The position numbers and the translations under genes were made by a program. The notes beneath the pieces are model-generated. The model worked only from the letters and a program-made list of their open reading frames with translations. It did no database searches and had not been told where the DNA came from. A stretch of 36,505 nt of DNA from Candidatus Limnocylindria bacterium (GTDB lineage: Bacteria; Bacillota; Clostridia; Christensenellales; Aristaeellaceae), in the NCBI GenBank assembly GCA_035463055.1, contig DATHTQ010000272.1:1-36505 (forward strand), read 5' to 3'. This document shows positions 34,227-36,505 of the stretch, in pieces. How positions within the stretch are numbered: the first letter of the stretch is position 1; each line of letters begins with the position of its first letter.

Positions 34227-36505
34227 ATGAAGAAGACCTTTATGCAGCGGATCGCGGCCCTGCTGGCCATCCTGATGTTCGCGACGGCCCTGCCCGCCCC
34301 GGCGCTCACGCAAGGGTTCGTGGAATACACCATCATCTCCAACTTCGCGCTGACGCCCGGGGTGTACCCGACGGACGGCGACGTGGACGCGACCGACCTG
34401 TTCACCGCGTCCAACAACGAGCTCACCGGCCCGAGGCACGTATGGCTGTACACCGACGGGGGGGTCACGTACCTGTATCTCGCCATCGCGCAGAACACCG
34501 GCAACAACGTCACGCTGCTGCAGGTGGACGGCGTGACCGGCCAGTTCGTGCATGACATTTCCCAGAACACCCTGATCACGGTCAACGGCCTCCCATACGA
34601 CCCCAACGCCAAGGGAGCCAACAACCACTGGGAGATCTGGCGCGTCCCGGCGGCAAGCCTGGTGCTGGACGGCTCATACTCCATCACCGTCCATACCACC
34701 CAGGGCAAGGGGCACTGGATCATCGGCGTCGCGTACAACGCGGCGATGTCCATCGACAAGACCGCGAACAAGGCGTCCTACGCCGCGGTGGGCGAGGTCA
34801 TCACCTACACCGTCGTGCTCAGGAACAACGGCAACCAGGTGCTGACCGGCGTCACGCTGGCGGATTCCCTGGCCCCCGCCGTCACGCTGGGCTCGCCGGT
34901 GGAGTCCGGCGGCATCACCGCGGGGCAGTTCGAGCCCGGCGAGACCTGGACCTACACCTACACCTACACGGTGACGGCCCAGGACCTGGCGAACGGCTCC
35001 ATCTACAACCAGGCGACCGGGGACAGCGACCAGACGACCCCGGTAGCCGACAGCGTCACCATCCAGGGCGTCGCCCTGGTGACCGTCTCCGGCTCCAAGA
35101 CCTGGCTGGACAACGACAACGCCTACGGCACGCGGCCCGCGAACCTGACGCTTGTCCTCAAGGCAAACGGCGCCGCGCTCAACCCGCAGCCCGCCCCCGT
35201 GTGGGACAAGACGGGCAACCCGTGGACGTACCAGTACGCGAACCTGCCGAAGTACCTGAATGGCGTGGAAATCGCCTACACCGTGGAGGAGACCGTTCCC
35301 GCGGGATACGCAAAGACCGCGGACAACGGCCGGAACTTCACCAACGCCCTGACGGGCCTCATCTCCATCGGCGGCACGAAGGCCTGGGCGGACAACAACA
35401 ACCAGGACGGGCTGCGGCCCGCTTCCATCACCGTCCGGCTGTTCAGGAACGGCGCGCTCCATAGCAGCATCGTGCTGGACGGCGTGGCGGACGGCAGCGG
35501 CGAGACCGCGCCGTGGACGTACTCCTTCACGAACCTGCCCAAGTTCGAGGCGGGCGTGCTGGCCGCCTACACCATCGGGGAAAGCGACCCGTCGCCCTAC
35601 GTCCTCACGCCCATCACCCAGCCGGTGATGAGCTACGCCGCCAACGCCTATACCGTCAACCTGACGAACACCCTGGCGCCCCAGACCACCTCCCGCACCG
35701 TCACGAAGGTGTGGAACGACAACGACGACCAGGACGGGCTGCGCGTTGCGGTCACCCTCAAGCTCACCGCCACGGCGAACGGGAACGAGGTGCCGTGGGC
35801 GGCGCTGAAGGCGGCTTCCGCCAGCGGCGGCCTCATGGACGCGGACGGGCTGGTCACCCTCGGACCCGGCGCGCCGCTGTCCTTCGACTTCACCAGCCTC
35901 CCGGTCAACTACCTGGGCTTCCCGGTGTCCTACACCGTGGATGAACCCGTAGTGCCCGCCGGATACACGGCATCCTTCAACCAGCAGACGCTGACCGTAA
36001 CGAACTCCCGCACGCCGGAAGTGACCCGCAGGACGGTCACGAAGGTCTGGGACGACAACAATGACCAGGACGGCCTGCGCACCGCGGTCACGCTGCAGCT
36101 CAAGGCCGAGGCCAACGGGGCGGAGATCCCGTGGGCGACGCTCAAGGGCGCATCGTACAGCGGCGGCCTCATGGACGACGACGGGCTGGTCACCCTCGGC
36201 CCGAACGCCCCGCTGTCCTTCCACTTCACGGACCTCCCGGTCCATTACCTGGGAGACCCGGTCACCTACACCGTCGCGGAGCCGTCGGTTCCCGCCGGGT
36301 ACACGGCGTCCTTCGACCAGCAGACGCTGACCGTGACGAACTCCCGCACGCCGGAGACGACCTTCCGGGTCGTCAGCAAGATGTGGGACGACAACAACGA
36401 CCAGGACGGCCTGCGCACCGCGGTCACGCTGCAGCTCAAGGCCGAGGCCAACGGGGCGGAGATCCCGTGGGCGACGCTCAAGGGCGCATCGTACAGCGGC
36501 GGCCT
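34227..36505 (+). CDS. large cell-surface adhesin: signal peptide, unknown N-terminal domain, DUF11-type repeat domain, multiple Cna-B domains (3'-truncated by window edge)
   Basis: Not in the ORF track because there is no stop in the window. I translated frame 3 from ATG 34227 (GGGAGG 6 nt upstream) to 36505 without a stop. Product: MKKTFMQRIAALLAILMFATALPAPALT..., a DUF11-like segment SIDKTANKASYAAVGEVITYTVVLRNNGNQVLTGVTLAD..., then repeated Cna-B signatures K(T/A/V)W.D.(D/N)N..G.RP...V.L / YTV.E..VPAGY. Confidence 0.85.
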   Translation, partial: MKKTFMQRIAALLAILMFATALPAPALTQGFVEYTIISNFALTPGVYPTDGDVDATDLFTASNNELTGPRHVWLYTDGGVTYLYLAIAQNTGNNVTLLQVDGVTGQFVHDISQNTLITVNGLPYDPNAKGANNHWEIWRVPAASLVLDGSYSITVHTTQGKGHWIIGVAYNAAMSIDKTANKASYAAVGEVITYTVVLRNNGNQVLTGVTLADSLAPAVTLGSPVESGGITAGQFEPGETWTYTYTYTVTAQDLANGSIYNQATGDSDQTTPVADSVTIQGVALVTVSGSKTWLDNDNAYGTRPANLTLVLKANGAALNPQPAPVWDKTGNPWTYQYANLPKYLNGVEIAYTVEETVPAGYAKTADNGRNFTNALTGLISIGGTKAWADNNNQDGLRPASITVRLFRNGALHSSIVLDGVADGSGETAPWTYSFTNLPKFEAGVLAAYTIGESDPSPYVLTPITQPVMSYAANAYTVNLTNTLAPQTTSRTVTKVWNDNDDQDGLRVAVTLKLTATANGNEVPWAALKAASASGGLMDADGLVTLGPGAPLSFDFTSLPVNYLGFPVSYTVDEPVVPAGYTASFNQQTLTVTNSRTPEVTRRTVTKVWDDNNDQDGLRTAVTLQLKAEANGAEIPWATLKGASYSGGLMDDDGLVTLGPNAPLSFHFTDLPVHYLGDPVTYTVAEPSVPAGYTASFDQQTLTVTNSRTPETTFRVVSKMWDDNNDQDGLRTAVTLQLKAEANGAEIPWATLKGASYSGG
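35697..36505 (+). repeat. 336-bp (112-codon) tandem repeats encoding Cna-B-like modules, at least 2.4 copies, continuing beyond the window
   Basis: GACCAGGACGG recurs at 35727, 36063 and 36399 (period 336). Nt 36063-36169 and 36399-36505 are identical over 107 nt. Copy 1 is diverged. Confidence 0.9.

Noticed and set aside
35697-36505. Regularly spaced near-identical repeats that could suggest a CRISPR array
   Set aside because: The period is 336 bp with no short repeat/spacer alternation. The repeats are in-frame coding modules (Cna-B-like) of the adhesin gene.

Overview
GC-rich bacterial chromosomal window (codon third positions mostly G/C), densely coding. I saw no rRNA, tRNA, CRISPR array, transposase or integrase. 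Taxon cannot be assigned from the sequence alone.

Layout:
(i) 1-2908 (+): a 5'-truncated DUF1537 acid-sugar kinase, then a GH13 alpha-amylase with no signal peptide.
(ii) 3029-9287 (-): a translationally coupled six-gene polyamine operon, speD-speA-speE-speB-CANSDH-CANSDC. It holds both the decarboxylated-SAM (dcSAM) and the aspartate-semialdehyde (ASA) aminopropyl-donor modules.
(iii) 9517-29330 (+): a ~20 kb run of 22 co-directional genes with no regulator gene. Module 1 is eda-kdgK, a TIM-barrel isomerase, a Liv-type ABC importer, a Gfo/Idh/MocA oxidoreductase, a second TIM barrel, a PreA/DHODH-like flavoprotein fused to a 2x[4Fe-4S] domain, a cupin and a DapA-family aldolase. Module 2 is an ATC-hydrolase-family protein, a second Liv-type ABC importer, an SDR and DhaK/DhaL.
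(iv) 29495-31877 (-): an RseC-like protein, ribokinase and an SGNH hydrolase.
(v) 31878-32920: a ~1 kb non-coding gap with an AT-rich promoter island and a long GC-rich structured leader. The order of its motifs loosely resembles a cobalamin riboswitch, and it ends in a terminator-like hairpin.
(vi) 32921-36505 (+): a secreted acidic Pro/Glu/Ala-repeat protein with an SH3b domain, then a large DUF11 + Cna-B surface adhesin. The six-frame track does not list the adhesin because it has no stop codon in the window. Its 336-bp tandem repeats run off the window end.

Best candidates for something undescribed: the two-importer catabolic supercluster with unassignable substrate, the hybrid polyamine operon, and the possible riboswitch-controlled surface-protein operon. 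All functional calls come from reading the translations by eye; no database search was run.
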